A stretch of DNA of 64,000 bases, taken from Callorhinchus milii. Taxonomy: Eukaryota. Both the position numbers and the translations under genes were made by a program. This document shows positions 23,852 to 37,171 of this stretch, one piece after another; position 1 is the first letter of the stretch; each line of letters starts with the position of its first letter. The DNA lies in contig NW_024704742.1 of NCBI RefSeq assembly GCF_018977255.1, positions 135,906,001 to 135,970,000 of the forward strand, read 5' to 3'. The notes under the pieces were generated by a model. That model saw only the letters and a program-made list of their open reading frames with translations. It was not told the DNA's origin and did not search any database.

Positions 23852-24292
23852 TTGTGGCGTCCTGTAGCTCAGTGGTTAGAGTGCTCGCCTCGCAAGCGAG
23901 GGACCTGGGTTCGATTCCCGGCAGGGCCAAACCTTGGGCGAGTTTCCTTACTCCACACGCCTGATAATAATCCCTCGAAGAAAAAAGAACAGTAATAAAT
24001 TGGTCAGTGTAGCGCTTTTCTCGTCTTCTAGACGTCTCAAAGAGCTTCGCAGAATACCCTGTAAATTAAATTGGCTGTGTATTTGTGGGCGAAACGCGGC
24101 AGCCAATTGCGCACAGCAGCGTCCCACAAACAGTCGTGGATTGAAGTGACAAATTTATTATTGTTTTCTTTCTTGAGGGATTATTATCAGGCGTGCGGAG
24201 TAAGGAAACTTGCCCAAGGTTTCACCCTGCCCGGGAATCGAGCCCAGGTCTCTCGCTTGCGAGGCGAGTGCTCGAAGCTACATGACTCCATT
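23852..24292. mobile_element. Two adjacent SINE copies in inverted orientation (plus-strand head 23852-24006; minus-strand copy 24008-24292)
   Basis: Arms 23852-24006 and about 24146-24292 are reverse complements of each other. Confidence 0.85.
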
Positions 24293-24829
24293 CCATTATT
24301 ATTATAATTTCAGAAAGCAGTCTTGAATCGGGAAAGCCGGTGGGGGGAGGCGGAGGGGGAGGGGAAGTTGAGGTAAGCGAGACCATTCAGGACTCAATGG
24401 CGTAACTGTGCAGATGTCTGTCTGTGTCACTTTGCAGTGTGGACGAGATGACCCTCATTATGGTTCAGCCGCACCTCAAACAATCTCCATTCACTTAGCA
24501 ATGAAAGGTTTCTTACAGGGATCAAGTCTTTTAGCAAAAGCATACACAAACACAGACAGGCACACACACACACCGACACAACACACAGCCATATCCAGTG
24601 TGCTGTGCATTCACTAAACAGAAGTGAAAAGAATTCAGGCATCAAACCCAACCACAATACACAATCTTGAAAGTTTCAGGTTAAAAGACCTGACAATTAA
24701 ACTGGGGTTGAGATTCCTAGATTTACTTCATGTACTTAGCATTTCAGAACATCCAGAATTTGGCAAATTCTTAAACACGGTCTTAATTTTCTGTTTTATA
24801 AGCCTGCAAGGAGGCTCTCAAATAAAGAA

Positions 24830-25305
24830 ATAAATAATAATAATCTTCGCATTTGATACGGCGCCATGTCAGGTCATCTCAAAGTGTTTCACTGTGTGAA
24901 TGTTTTACTGTAAAGTTGATTGACTGTGTATTTTGTGGGTGAAACGCGACAGCCAATTGCACACAGCTATGTCCCACAAACAGCCATGGAGCAATTGGAC
25001 CAATTTTACCTGAGGGATTGTTGGCCAGGACACCGGGAGAAACTACCTTCGCTTTTCCAACAGTGCCATGGAATCTTTAACATCCATCTGAACAGCAGAT
25101 TATGGTTTAACATCTCATCCGAAGGATGGCACGTCTGAAAATGCAATGCCCACCCAGCACTGCATTGGAGTGTCAGCTTAGACGATGTGATTCCAAGCAG
25201 AGCTGTGCTGCAGTTTCAGCCGAGACTGTGAGCTCAATCTAAATGGGGTTTGAACCCACAACCTACTGACTCAGAGGAGAAGGTGCTACCAACTAAACCA
25301 GTCTG
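24830..25305 (-). mobile_element. Older Deu-domain SINE
   Basis: Reverse complement of the same blocks (TTGGCCAGGACACC, TCTCATCCGAAGGATGGCAC, TTGAACCCACAACC). Confidence 0.75.
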
Positions 25306-26076
25306 ATGAAAGTTACTCAATCCCCAATCCCTCCTCCTCCTCCTCACAAAATCACAGCATCAAACGAGAGGTTCAGATGAAGAAGACCTCGTTGGTTCCA
25401 TTTTGATCTCATTCTTCCAGAATCCGCATTAAAAACCTCCTCCTATTACAGCATTTGAACTGCTTCTTAAATGAATCCCAGAGTCCTGCCTTCCGTCAAC
25501 CACCCTTCCAGCCATTAGTTACCGTCTGGGTAAAGAAATACTTCCTATTGCTGCCTCCGCTCAGCTGCCCGCCAGCTGGCCTCCTGCTTGTCCCTCATTC
25601 CTCCCCACCACTCAACCATCTGTGGCCCCGCTTTCAGCCACTATGAACCGAAGCATTGGAACTCTTCCCCCAACCCCTCCGCCTCGCCCCCCCACTCCTT
25701 CCCCTTTTAGATCACGACTGAACTCCTTCTTCTTCGACCGTGCTTACGGTCACCTCCTCCCTTACCCTGGCTCAACATCTGGCTCCGCCACTGTGAAGCC
25801 ATCCAACAAGCTGCCTCGGGTGAAAGGCGTTATATAAATGCAACTCACGTGACTTACGTGTAGTGTCTGTTCTGAATTTGCCCCTTTGGAACCCTGCAAC
25901 TTTGCCCATTGAGTGATTCAGCTGTTTGTTTGTTCCGTGCATTACAGACTCAGTCAAATTCAGATCTCTTTAAGTTCCCCTCTGGATAAACTCTCTCCTG
26001 AGATCCAGACTGAATTGGAGGTCAAGCACTTCATCATGGGTGACGAGGCTTACGCCGGGAGAGTCTGTGCACTTAC

Positions 26077-26126
26077 CCGGGAGTTGACCACCTCCAGAGA
26101 GACATTCTGCGGAGCTCCACTTGGCA
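26077..26126 (-). CDS. DCC: DCC coding exon 12 (50 nt, start of FNIII-3)
   Basis: ttttcag|TG CCA AGT GGA GCT CCG CAG AAT GTC TCT CTG GAG GTG GTC AAC TCC CGG|gtaagt = VPSGAPQNVSLEVVNSR; its phases bridge exon 11 to exon 13. Confidence 0.95.
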
Positions 26127-27075
26127 CTGAAAATACAAGAGAAACAAAGGTCATGAGTTGTCTGCACTGGGTCTGCGACTCCCCTTATGTCCTCACGTCT
26201 CAAACGACTCTCAGTTTCAACCCTTTAATTTCCCCTCTGTGTAAAGAAATACTTCTTGTTTTCTATCCTGAAATTGCCCTTTGCATCTCTGACCCTGTGA
26301 CCTCTTGTCTCCCTGCCTCAGTGTATCTGAAAGTTAATCGCATCAACTGTTTAGCAAACCTCAGTTCCTTAACTAGTCCTTAGAGGACAAGTGTTGTGTG
26401 TTCTGTAGGCAAACATGGCAGCCAACTTGCAAACAGCCATAGCGCAAATTGTTGATCTGGACAGTGTGTTAACCGTAAAGGCCGAGCCTTAGGACCTCCT
26501 CCTGATGCGAAAGGCAAAGGTAATTTTGTATTGCCATTTTTGTATTGATTATTGTGCAGGACACCGGAAGAAACTCCCTTCTGTTTTTTCCGTAGTGCTG
26601 AGCATCCACCTGGATAGGTAGTCAGGACTTGGTTTAACATTACTCCGCCAATGGAGAACTCCCCTCACACTGGGCTGGACTGTCAGCCTCGATTAATTAT
26701 AATAAATAAATAATAATCCTTGCGTTTGATATAGCTCTAACCACTGAGCTACTCCCACTTTAAGATCGTGAGCGTAAAGTTCCGAGAGATGAGACTTGAC
26801 CCAGAGGAACCACGTGAGCAACTGTGTCAAGCTGGCAGAGCAAGTGCCTGCTGGAACGTGGGTGGAGCGAGACAGCGACTGCACAGAGTGAAAGAGAGAG
26901 TCTGCAGTGAGCCCGAGCGCAGATGGTGAAGTTAGGAAATCATCAATAAATTAATGGGCTGAGAGCAGAACGCTGAGTGCGGCAGGAATGAACATTGGTT
27001 GGCGGGGAGCAGGAGTGGAAAGTTCACGTCAGCAAGATGATGTCTCGGCAGGCAAAGAGGGATAAGATTCGAAGT

Positions 27076-27500
27076 ACAACAACAACAACAACAAGATTCC
27101 ATTTATAAAGCGCCTTTTACGTCAGGAGGACGTCCCAAGGCGCTGCACAGTTGGGTCATGACCCGAGCATTGGGGGGAAATGGTCAGGGTGAGGGGAGGG
27201 AAGGGAGGGAGCGAGGAGGGGGAAATGGTCAGGGTGAGGGGAGGGAAGGGAGGGAGCGAGGAGGGGGGAAATGGTCAGGGTGAGGGGAGGGAAGGGAGGG
27301 AGCGAGGAGGGGGAAGAGAGTTGAGAGGGGAGCTGAAGGCACGGTCAAAGAGAAAGGTTTTGAGACCGGCCTTGAAGGAGGAAAGGGAGGAGGCGGCGAA
27401 GGCACTGGGGGATGGAGTTCCAGAGCCTCGGGGCTGAGAGGCTGAAGGCCCGACCACCGATGGTAGGGTGGTTGGGGCGGGGGACGTGGAGCAGACCAGA
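27076..27500 (-). mobile_element. L2 LINE 3' end with a triplicated 45-46 nt 3'-UTR segment
   Basis: Near-identical to 4516-4850 apart from the tandem unit. Confidence 0.85.
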
Positions 27501-27574
27501 GTAAATATAAACTCAGGGGTTTCAGCGCGAGGGAACTTTTATACATTGGGCGAGAATTCGTGTGAGAGCTCGTA

Positions 27575-28050
27575 AATGAGAGAGAGAGAGACACAGAGAG
27601 AGAGAGAGAGTATGAGAGAGCGAGTGTGTTAGAAAACGAGCACATCCGTGTGGCAGCACATGTGAGAGAAAGCACATGAAAGGTCGCGTGAATGTCTCTG
27701 ACAGTGTGCGCTCGCGTACTAGAGTGTACCTGAGAGCGTGAGAGCAAGTGAGCGTCCACGAGCAAGGACCTGCGTGAAAGAATACGTACGAGCCCTGTGA
27801 AAGCGTTTCAGAGTGTGTCAGAGCGTGCGTGAGTGCACGCAAGTATGTGAGCGTGCGTGGGCGTGTGTGAGAGCGCGCGTGTGTGAGCGCGTGTATATGT
27901 ATGAAAGCGCGGGTGTATGAGAGGATGTGTGGTGTGCGACGGTATATTGTGTGCGAGCATCTGTTGCGCAACCGTGTATTTGGGTGTGCGTGCATGTGTT
28001 GAGCGAGCATGTTTTTGTGTGCACGCGTGTGTCTATGTAAGCATCCATGT
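27575..28050. repeat. GA/GT/GC dinucleotide-rich low-complexity tract
   Basis: Degenerate (GT)n/(GC)n alternation. Confidence 0.75.
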
Positions 28051-30610
28051 GCTCGGAGCGAGGGGATTTGCAGGAATGTGACAATAAATAATACTTGCTT
28101 TTGATACAGAGCCTTGTCACGTTTTCAAGGCGACCCAAAGCACTTCACACAATGCACCGTAAAGTGAATTGACTGCGTATTTTATGATGTGGAATTATCG
28201 CAGGAACAAACCGGGGAGAAAGAAGGCAGGACAGACACTGAGCCACCTTCGTGGGGCTTTGAACGGCACGAGATTCGATTGAATTTGCGCACAGCAATGC
28301 CTCACAAACAGCCATGAGCAGAACAAGCTAGATATCAGAAGGACAGAAGAGGAGAGAGAGAGAGAGAGAAGTGGACAGGCGCGTGTGTGTTGGGTGGGGG
28401 AGGAAAAAAGAGGGGGAATAATTATAACAGGAGCAAAAAAAAATTGCAAGCACAACATGGTTTTGGGGTTGCCCGATGTCTGACTGATACGAGGAGACAT
28501 TAATGTATGGACGGGAGCAAAGCCACAATCAGATTACACAGGCTTGAGCAGTCCTCCAAGGCTCTTGACGGATGGAGCTGAATTAAATGGAGTGAGAGGA
28601 ACATTGATCACCGAGGTAGGAAGGCAGACTGCAGTTCACTGAGCGCTCAGCAGGAAGTCTGTGTATATATATTTGATTTTGTCTTTATAAATTATTAGCT
28701 GCTAAAACCTCGCCTTCACCTTCTCAGCTAACCCACGCTGAGCAGCTCGAGTTTCCTTTCCTGTCCTTCCCCTCCTCCATCTCCTCCGAATTTCATTTCC
28801 CACATGATTGCCTCCACCTCTCTCCCCGTTCCCCCCTAACCTCATCCCCAGCCCACACTACTTCCATCTGACCATTGGTGGCTAAGCCTTCAAGCCCACA
28901 TGCACCTGTTCTCTGGAACTCTCTCCCCAAATCCCAGCTTCTTGCCCTTATGGGACCAGAGAGACACATACAGCACAAAAGGATGCCATTCGGCCCATCG
29001 AGTCTGTGCCGGCCCTCAGAAATAGCTCTTTCTTTAGTCCCATTATCTCGACTCTCCCTCCCCCAATCTCTCTCTCTCTCTCTCTTTCACACACACACTT
29101 TTTCTACTGATCTATTCATCTAACGACTCAACATGTTTCACAGGATTTACTATGAAGTGTAGGGCCATCAATTTTGCAGCCAAAAGTGGCAGCTGATTGT
29201 GGCCAGCAATGTGCCACAAACAACGAAGAAGTAAATGATTAATTTTACATGGCAGATCGTTGGCCAGAGAACTTCTCTTCACTCTTCAAATACCGCCATG
29301 AGATCTTTAACATTCCATTTGAGCAGGCACACGAGACCGCCAAAGGATGGCGTCTGTGACCATACATCAGTGTTATCTTAAACTGGAGCCTGAACTGCTT
29401 TAAAAGCGAAATGAAGAAACATTTCTTCCCACTGTGAGAATGTGACTGGACCGGTCCCTGGAGACTGCAGCGGTAAAATAAATCGAAACGTTTCAAAGGC
29501 AGATGGATAGACACAGGAACCTCAGTATAACTCCATCATCTGTGTCCAAAAAGCTCTGAATCCGTGTAGAAAGAAAGCAAAGTGAGATAAAATGGCCGGC
29601 TTCTGATTTCAGGGTGCTGAGTATGCCAATTTTGTGGAGTCCTGTAGCTCAGTGGTTAGAGTACTCGCCTCAAAATAAATAAATATGTAATAATATGCAA
29701 TAATAATAATAATTGGGTCACTCAATCCACGACTGTTTGTGGGACATTGCTGTGTGCATTTGGCTGCTGTGTTTCGCCCACAAAATACACAGTCACTACA
29801 GGGTATTCTGTGAAGCGCTTTGAGACGTCTCGAAGACGCAGTAAGGCGCTATAGCAACAACAACAACTTGCATTTATATAGCGCCCTCCATCCAGGGCAG
29901 CGTCTCGGAGCGCTTTACAGTGGCGGAGCCTGACTCCGAGCCAGCAGGAGGGGTGAGGTGGCCGTAAGCCCAGTCGAATGGGAAAGTTGAAAGAGGGGAG
30001 AGAGGGGGCAAGGCGGAGGGATTGAGGGAGAGTGTTCCAGAATTTTGGGGCGACCTCCGATGGTGGGACCGAGGGTACGAGGGATGAGCAGGAGGCCGGG
30101 TGGTGGATTGGGGATGCAAGGATATCAAATGCAAGGACTATTATGATTATTATTATTATTATTATTATAACAGACTCTGTATTTTTGAAACAAGGGGTTG
30201 CGGGGATGTGGAGAAAAGACAGGGAAAGGAATTAAAACTATAAAGAAGAGCTAGTGATGGTGGAACAGGCTTGAAGACCTGAATGGCCTCCTCCTGCCCT
30301 CAGCTTTCCTGGCTTCCTTTACAGTCTGACTGCGGAGCGGCAATGATTGCAGGTGGCTAAATTGTTCCGAGCCTGTCTGGTTCGCAGAGGTCAGAATGGA
30401 TATAAATCAATAGGAATTCAGAAATTCCAGAGCAGGTTTCTTCAGACTTAAAACCTTCTCCGATTCAGTGATTCTCCAAACTCCAGGCTCCGAAATTCGT
30501 TGCAGTGCTCGCTGGCTGACTGCTCACTTCACTGCCCAGATTGCGCCAGTCAAAACACCTAAATGTCAAGCCGGCAAGTAAGTAAGTTGTGCTTTGCTGA
30601 GAGAGAAATA

Positions 30611-30650
<40 letters not shown>

Positions 30651-30879
30651 ACCGTTCAGACACTGGGGATTCACGGAACAGTGCTTCTGTCCAGTTGAGA
30701 CATTAAACTGAGGTCCCGTCTATGGCTCGTCGGGTGGACATTGAATATTCCTCCTCAAAAAAAGAGAAGCGAGGTTCTCCCCAGTGTCCTGGCTGACAGA
30801 TAACTTTGATCATTCACTCTGTGGCTATTTGTGAGGACATTGCTGTTCGTGGAGAAAATTGGCTGCGTTCCCCTTACAA

Positions 30880-31185
30880 AATACATAGAAATAGGAGGAG
30901 GCCATTCAGCCCCTCGAGCCTATTCCGCCATTTTACAAGATACAGCTGATCTATACCTCAAGTCCAGTTACTTGCCCTTGCCCTATATCCCTAAGTCCTC
31001 TGACCTAACAAATATATATCTATGTCCGTCTTGAAGATGTGAATGGATCCAGCATCCACAGCCCTTTTGGGGGGAAAGAGTTCCAGATTTCCACTGCCCT
31101 TTGGGTCAAAAACTGCTTCCTGATTTCACTCCTAAATAATTTTAAGATTATGCTCCCTTGTTCTGGATTCCCCTACCAGAGGAAT
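30880..31185 (-). mobile_element. CR1 LINE 3' end
   Basis: CATAGAAATAGGAGGAGGCCATTCAGCCCCTCGAGCC tail; GAGTTCCAGATTTCCACTGCCCTTTGGGT. Confidence 0.8.
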
Positions 31186-31472
31186 ACACAGATACTACAC
31201 TGTATAATGGGAGAGGGGGGGGTGGGGAGAGGGAGAGCGGAATGGAAAGGGAGAATAGAGGATTTATAAATAAGGAGGGATGCAAGACCACAAAAGATTT
31301 TGAAGTTCAGGAAAAACTCTCGACGGATATCCAAAGTGGTCCTGGAAATAAGTGGAGGCCTGGCAGGGATGTGAGTTGTGGGTGGCTGTGGAGCTTTGGG
31401 TCAGGGAGTAACCTGTGGAGGGTGCAACCATGTATCAGAGCTTCGTCCGTGGACAGGAACTGAGTCGCTTAC

Positions 31473-31611
31473 CGTCGGACAATGTGCTGACCAGCACATC
31501 CTCGGTAGACACCCCAGCACCATGTCTATTGAAAGCCAACACCCGCAGGCTGTAGTCTGTGAACTTCCTGAGCCCCTCCAGTCTGTACGACAAGCCGTCC
31601 ACCTCAACACT
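31473..31611 (-). CDS. DCC: DCC coding exon 11 (139 nt, end of FNIII-2)
   Basis: ttcag|AGT GTT GAG ... GAC G|gtaagc; [46 protein letters not shown]. Confidence 0.96.
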
Positions 31612-31994
31612 CTGAAACAGGAGGTGACCACACAACAAAGGATCAATTATGCGATATTTCTTAATTATGAAACTCCAAATTTCGATATAACCACACTCTC
31701 CTGAACAGATAAAGCAATCGAACAGGGAATGGGGTCAGAGTGGAGAGCTCCAATGGGGGAGCGAGCACCAGCATAGACATGATGGGGAGAGACAGCAGTT
31801 TGGTAAGTTACTGCTAGGGAAACCGAGGCATATGGAGTAAGGAAACTTTCCTAAGGTTTCGCCCCAGTTGAGAATCGAACCCGGATCCTCTTGATTGCGA
31901 GGCGAGTTCTCTAACCACTACGCTACAGGACTCCAAAACCCCCCCCCCGCCCGAGTGGAGGAAGGTCACGCATCCCAGTTCGACAACCACCCAC

Positions 31995-32143
31995 CTGCTC
32001 ATTGCGGTTGGTAATCTCCATCCAAAAGAACCTGTAGCCTTGGATTGGACCATTTGCATACGCTGGGGGTTCCCAAGAGGCCATGATGGAGCTGGAGGAG
32101 GTGGAGGAAACTCTAAGGTTTTCTGGTGATCCAGGAACTTGTA
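31995..32143 (-). CDS. DCC: DCC coding exon 10 (149 nt, start of FNIII-2)
   Basis: tag|TA CAA GTT ... GAG CAG|gtgggt; manual translation (L)[49 protein letters not shown]; this frame is not in the ORF track. Confidence 0.95.
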
Positions 32144-32169
32144 CTAGAAGTGAAAGGCAACTTAGTCAG

Positions 32170-32572
32170 CGAGAGAGGGAACGAGAGACAGAGAGGGAGA
32201 GAGAGAGAGAGAGAATGTGGGAGAGGGAAAGAGAGACAGCGAGGGGTGGGGGGGGTGAGAGCAAGAATGAGGGAGAGGGCAAGTGAAACAAAGAGAAGGG
32301 GATAGAGAAGGAAAGGGAGACATAGAAGGGGATGAACTAGAGACACAGAGTTGGAGAGGGAACGAGAGAGATAGAGATTGAGAGAACGTGGGAGAGAGAT
32401 AGAGAGAGAGAACAAGAGAGGGAAAATGGAAAAGAGAGAAGAGGAAAAAAGAAACGGAACGAGATAGGGAAAGAGAAAGAGAGAGAGGAAAAGACAGAGA
32501 GATGGGCAAAGAGAGTGGAGGGGTGAGAAAGAGATGGAAAGAGAGAAAGGAAGGGATAAAAAGAGAGCGACA
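32170..32572. repeat. Purine-rich (GA) low-complexity tract; pyrimidine-rich on the DCC transcript just upstream of exon 10
   Basis: Base composition seen directly. Confidence 0.85.
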
Positions 32573-33196
32573 GATAATTACACTCGAGACATCGGATCAT
32601 CTTAGAGTACCATATGTTAAGAGCGTAGTCTCACACACACAAGCACACGGGCGCACACACAGAATAAAATAAACCAAATTCAAAATCATCAAGTCGGCGA
32701 ATAATTCAAAGCACTGCAACAAGAGACAGATTACCAGTCAGAAACACTGACATGTTTTGTGTGAGATTATTGTGTTTGACAGTCTCTCTTAGTGTTAATA
32801 ATCCTTGCGTTTGATATAGCATCGTCAGGATGTCTCAAAGCCTCTGCCCAGGATTTTACTGTGAATCGTAGCGGCTGTGTGTTTTGTGCAGCCGTGAAGC
32901 GAATGATCAATTTTATCTGGAGGATTGTTGCCCAGGACACCAGGAGAAAACTTCCTTCTGTTTTTCCAATAGTGCGGTGGGCGTGTTTAACGTCCACCTG
33001 AACAGGTACAGACGGGACTCAGTTTGAGGTCTCATCTGAAGGGGAGGACCAGAGCAGCACACACACCCCACCCCACCATTCTCCCCACCCCCCACCCACA
33101 CAGCACTGGAGCGACAGCCTAAACTGCGAGAACACTGGAAAGGGTGATTCGTGCATCAGCGTGTTCGTTCGACGAGCTTGGCGTATTTAATCCCAA

Positions 33197-33565
33197 ACTG
33201 GGGACGGGGAACCTTCTCACTCGGCTCCTGATAACACTGCAATCCAAAGCCCTAACAGGTAGGGTGGTCCTAACTGGACAAGCAGCGGAGAAGCTTGCCA
33301 GGCAACGGCAAGGTATGTGGTTGCAGTTGGTTAGATTCCAGCAGTTCCCCCAATGAATACTCCGAGTGGTGATTGAGCCCACAATCTTTCCAGAATTAGA
33401 TAAGTTTGATGCATCCCTCCAGGGAGCAACGGTGCCATCCGTTCCAGAGACAGTAATTTCCATGTGTAGGTGGGATGCATAAAATTCTCAGTCTGATTTG
33501 GATACTCTTTAAGCACGGTGATGGGTTTCCGTACGTGTTACAGACACTCGGTCGACCAAAAAGAA
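33197..33565 (+). mobile_element. Unclassified interspersed repeat, same family
   Basis: GTAGGGTGGTCCTAACTGGACAAGCAGCGG...GTGTAGGTGGGATGCA...GGTGATGGGTTTCCG. Confidence 0.75.
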
Positions 33566-34219
33566 ACCTAACGGATGTGCAAATCAATTGCTTCTCGTTT
33601 CCGGCACAAAATACACAGTCAATTTCACTTCACAGTATAGTCTGTGAGGCGCCTTGAGATGTCCCAAAGACGTTATAAGGCAAATGCAAATCACATGCAA
33701 GGATTATTATTATTATCTCATCTGCCTAATAATACACGCTATCAATCGATATAATTAAGAATGCAGATTATTATTGTTGTTCTGTATGGGGCGTTTCAAC
33801 TCTGATCAAATATATTTTGTGAAGCTTTCCGAGGTATTTGTTTTCACGTGAAACTTCCTGGATAAATGCCAGTTATTTAATTATTACTTTTTATTAAAAT
33901 TAATCATTTGTTATTATCGTAAGTAGGCCACACAGATCCTTAACTGTATTGATGCCAGGTATTACATTCCACCCGTTCTCAGCCTCTAAAACCATCTTAA
34001 ACTCTGTCATAATAATAATCCGTGCATTTGATATAGTGCCTTATCATGATGTTAAGACGACTTAAAGCGCTTCACAGAATATACTGTAAAGTGGATTGAC
34101 TGTGAATTTTGTGGGAGAAACATGGCCTCTATTTATCCAGTCACTATAGTAAGAATTTGCATGTCTTTTGATGCAAAAACACAGAAAGTGGCTCTTCACT
34201 CAAACCCAGGGAGCCAGGC

Positions 34220-34640
34220 TACAAAACAACAACAACTTGCATTTATATAGAGCCTCTCATGCTGGGCAGCATCTTGGAGCGCTGATAGTGGTGGAGCCTG
34301 ACACCAAGTTGGGGGGAAGGGTTGCCATAAGCACGGTCGAAGAGGAAGGTCTTCAGTCGTGACTAAAAGAGGGGAAGGAGTAGGCAAGGCTGAGGGATTG
34401 GGGGAGAGTTCCAAAGCTTAATGGTTGAAAGCATGGCCGCCAATGATGGAACAGGGAGGATGAGAGACAAGCAGGAGGCTGGAGCCAGCCGAGCGGAGGC
34501 AGCGGGTATCAGAGTAGGGAGAAAGCAGGTCAGGAAAGTAGGGAATGGCCAGAGAGTAAAGGGATTTGTGGACGGGTGAGAGGACCTTGAAATCGGTCTG
34601 TTCTGTGATAGGGAGTCAGTGGAGCCTAGCGAGGACTGGA
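34220..34640 (-). mobile_element. L2 LINE 3' fragment (second tail type)
   Basis: ARLH, KLWNS remnants; CAACAACTTGCATTTATATAG tail. Confidence 0.7.
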
Positions 34641-34654
34641 GAGATGGGGGTACG

Positions 34655-34986
34655 TAATAATAATAATAATAATAAATCCTTGCATTTGATATAGCGCTTT
34701 TCACGTCTTCTCGACGTCTCAAAGCGCTTCACAGAATATGCTGTAAAATGAATTGACTGTATATTTGTGGGCGAAATGTGGCAGCCAATTCGGACAGCAA
34801 TGTCCCACAAACAGTCGTGCATTGAAAATGACCAATTTATTATTATTTGTTTTTTTGGAGGGATTATTATTAGGCTCTGTGTGGAGTAAGGAAACTTGCC
34901 CAAGGTTTCGCCCTCTGCCTGGAATTGAACCCAGATGTCTCGCTTGCAAGGCGAGTGCTCTAACCACTGAGCTACAGGACTCCACA
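34655..34986 (-). mobile_element. Young full-length tRNA(Ala)-derived SINE (short subtype)
   Basis: Head GGAGTCCTGTAGCTCAGTGGTTAGAGCACTCGCCTTGCAAGCGAG...GGTTCAATTCC; tail AAAGCGCTATATCAAATGCAAGG then (ATT)n. Confidence 0.9.
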
Positions 34987-35967
34987 ATATGGTTCAATGT
35001 GGGTGAGTATGCCCACCTACACCTTACAGTAAAATCCTATGAAGCATTTTGAGACCCACAAGCAGTCATGCATTGAGTGACCAAATTATTATTATTATTA
35101 TTATTTTGAGGAGGGATTATTACCTACGGAAAAGCGATCCGCCAATCGACTGACACCCGGGTTCCTACTTACTGCTCGGTAACGAGAGGCATGTGGATTA
35201 AGGAAACCTGCCCAACATTTTGCCATGACCAGGAATGGAACCCAGGTCCTCTCGCTTATGAGGCGAGCTCGCTAACCACTAAGCTACAGGACTTCACGTA
35301 CACACAACTTGCTTCTCGTCCTGTATCCGGAGAGATTGAATCCTATGTGCAGGCGAGACAAGCCAGGACATTACAGTTTAATCCCAGGACAATAGCCTTC
35401 ACTAAAATCTACATTCTTACACTTTGGATGATTAATTTCCAAAGTAGGATCTTGGCATGAGCTTTTAAACTGATTAAAGAGTCTATGAGTGTGCGCGTGT
35501 GTCTGTGTGCGTCTCTGTGCACTTTCCCAGATTACCATATAGATCCCCAAGTGCCTGACCCCACCTGTCTCGTATGTGTGCATTGGCGTCAGTTATACAG
35601 CATTGGAAGGGATTATAGCCACATACAGAGATTTAGTACTTAGCGATTATAACTGTCCCATAATATTTTAATAGCATTCTTGGAGATAGCACAATGGTTC
35701 CTATTCCGATTCAGTGTTAAAACAGGACTCAGAGGCGAGCATTCAATGAACTCAGCCTCTCAAGCCAACTCTACTCAACACGAGCAGACTCAGAGACACA
35801 TTAATGATAATAATCCTTACATCTGATATTGTGCCTTTCACATCTGCAGGACGTCTCAAAGCGCTTCACACGATTCACAACAACTATAACTGCATAGTTA
35901 TAGGACGTCCTCCCGACGTGAAAGGTACTCCATAAATGTAATTTTGTTGATGTTGTATATAACATTA

Positions 35968-35998
<31 letters not shown>

Positions 35999-37016
35999 CC
36001 TTGCATTTGATATAGCGCTTTTCACGTCGGGAGGACGTCCCAAAGCGCTTCACAGAATGTACTGTAAAGTGAATTGACTGTATATTTGTGGGCAAACGCG
36101 GCAGCCAATTGCGCACAGCAATGTCCTACAAACAGTCGTAGATTGAAAATGACCAATTTTAATTATTATTTTTGGTTTTTGGAGGGATTATTATTAATAT
36201 TAATTATAATTATAATTAATTATTATTATAGTGCTTTTCACACAGGATACTGTCTCAGAGAACTATACAGATTAATGTAAAGTGACTGTGTATTTTCTGG
36301 ATGAACGCAGAACCCGTTTTGTACGTATCAACGTCGCACAAACAGCCTCAGAATGAGCGACAATGTAACCAGGCTGACATCTTAACTAGATTAATAACAG
36401 GAGGAAAGCTATCATAACAGACTGCAGAGCGTCAGTTCATAGTGATGAGCGAATCTGCTCGAAATGTTTAAACTAATGAAAGGGAAATGAGCAGCGTGAT
36501 AGCGTACAGCTCCAGGCAGAAGGATTCGAATCAGTGGGACATAATCTTAAAAACTAGCTGGAAAGCGAGATCAGACAACACAAGAGTGAATGAGAAACCT
36601 GTTCACTAAGGTCACAGAGGCAGAATCAAATGGTATGTTTATGATGAACTCATCTTCAATTTCCTCACCTACTTCTTTTAATACCCTGCGGTGGAATCTC
36701 AGGTCCTGGAGATTTGTTTAGTTTTACTCTCATTATTTTCTCCGTTACCACCAATCGACCAACAACCAGGTTTTCACTTGCTGCTAGGTAAATAGCGGCG
36801 CATGGAGTAAGGAAACTTGCCTAAGGTTTTGCCCTGCCCTGGAATAGAACGCAAGGCACCCTCTCACCTGCGAGGCGAATGCTCTAACCAGTACGCTACA
36901 GGACTGAGCTGGAGCGATGATCTACTCCTGTGCGACATTGTGGCTGTGGGAGTTTTGGAGGTTGGACGGGGCAGTGAGATGAAGCGATGTCCAGACAGAA
37001 GGCCATGTGTACTTAC

Positions 37017-37171
37017 GCTCAGGCTGGGTGGAGACCTTAATGGCCTGCGAGGTCTGGCCTGGCCCCACATCGCTGTAGGCCACAATCCTGAACAAATAGG
37101 TCTCTTCGGGCTTCAGGTTCCCCACGGTGAGCTGCAGGTCCCCAGGCTGAGAGGTGTTGAGGGCACGTTCC
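37017..37171 (-). CDS. DCC: DCC coding exon 9 (155 nt, end of FNIII-1)
   Basis: cag|G GAA CGT ... GAG C|gtaagt; ERALNTSQPGDLQLTVGNLKPEETYLFRIVAYSDVGPGQTSQAIKVSTQPE. Confidence 0.96.
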
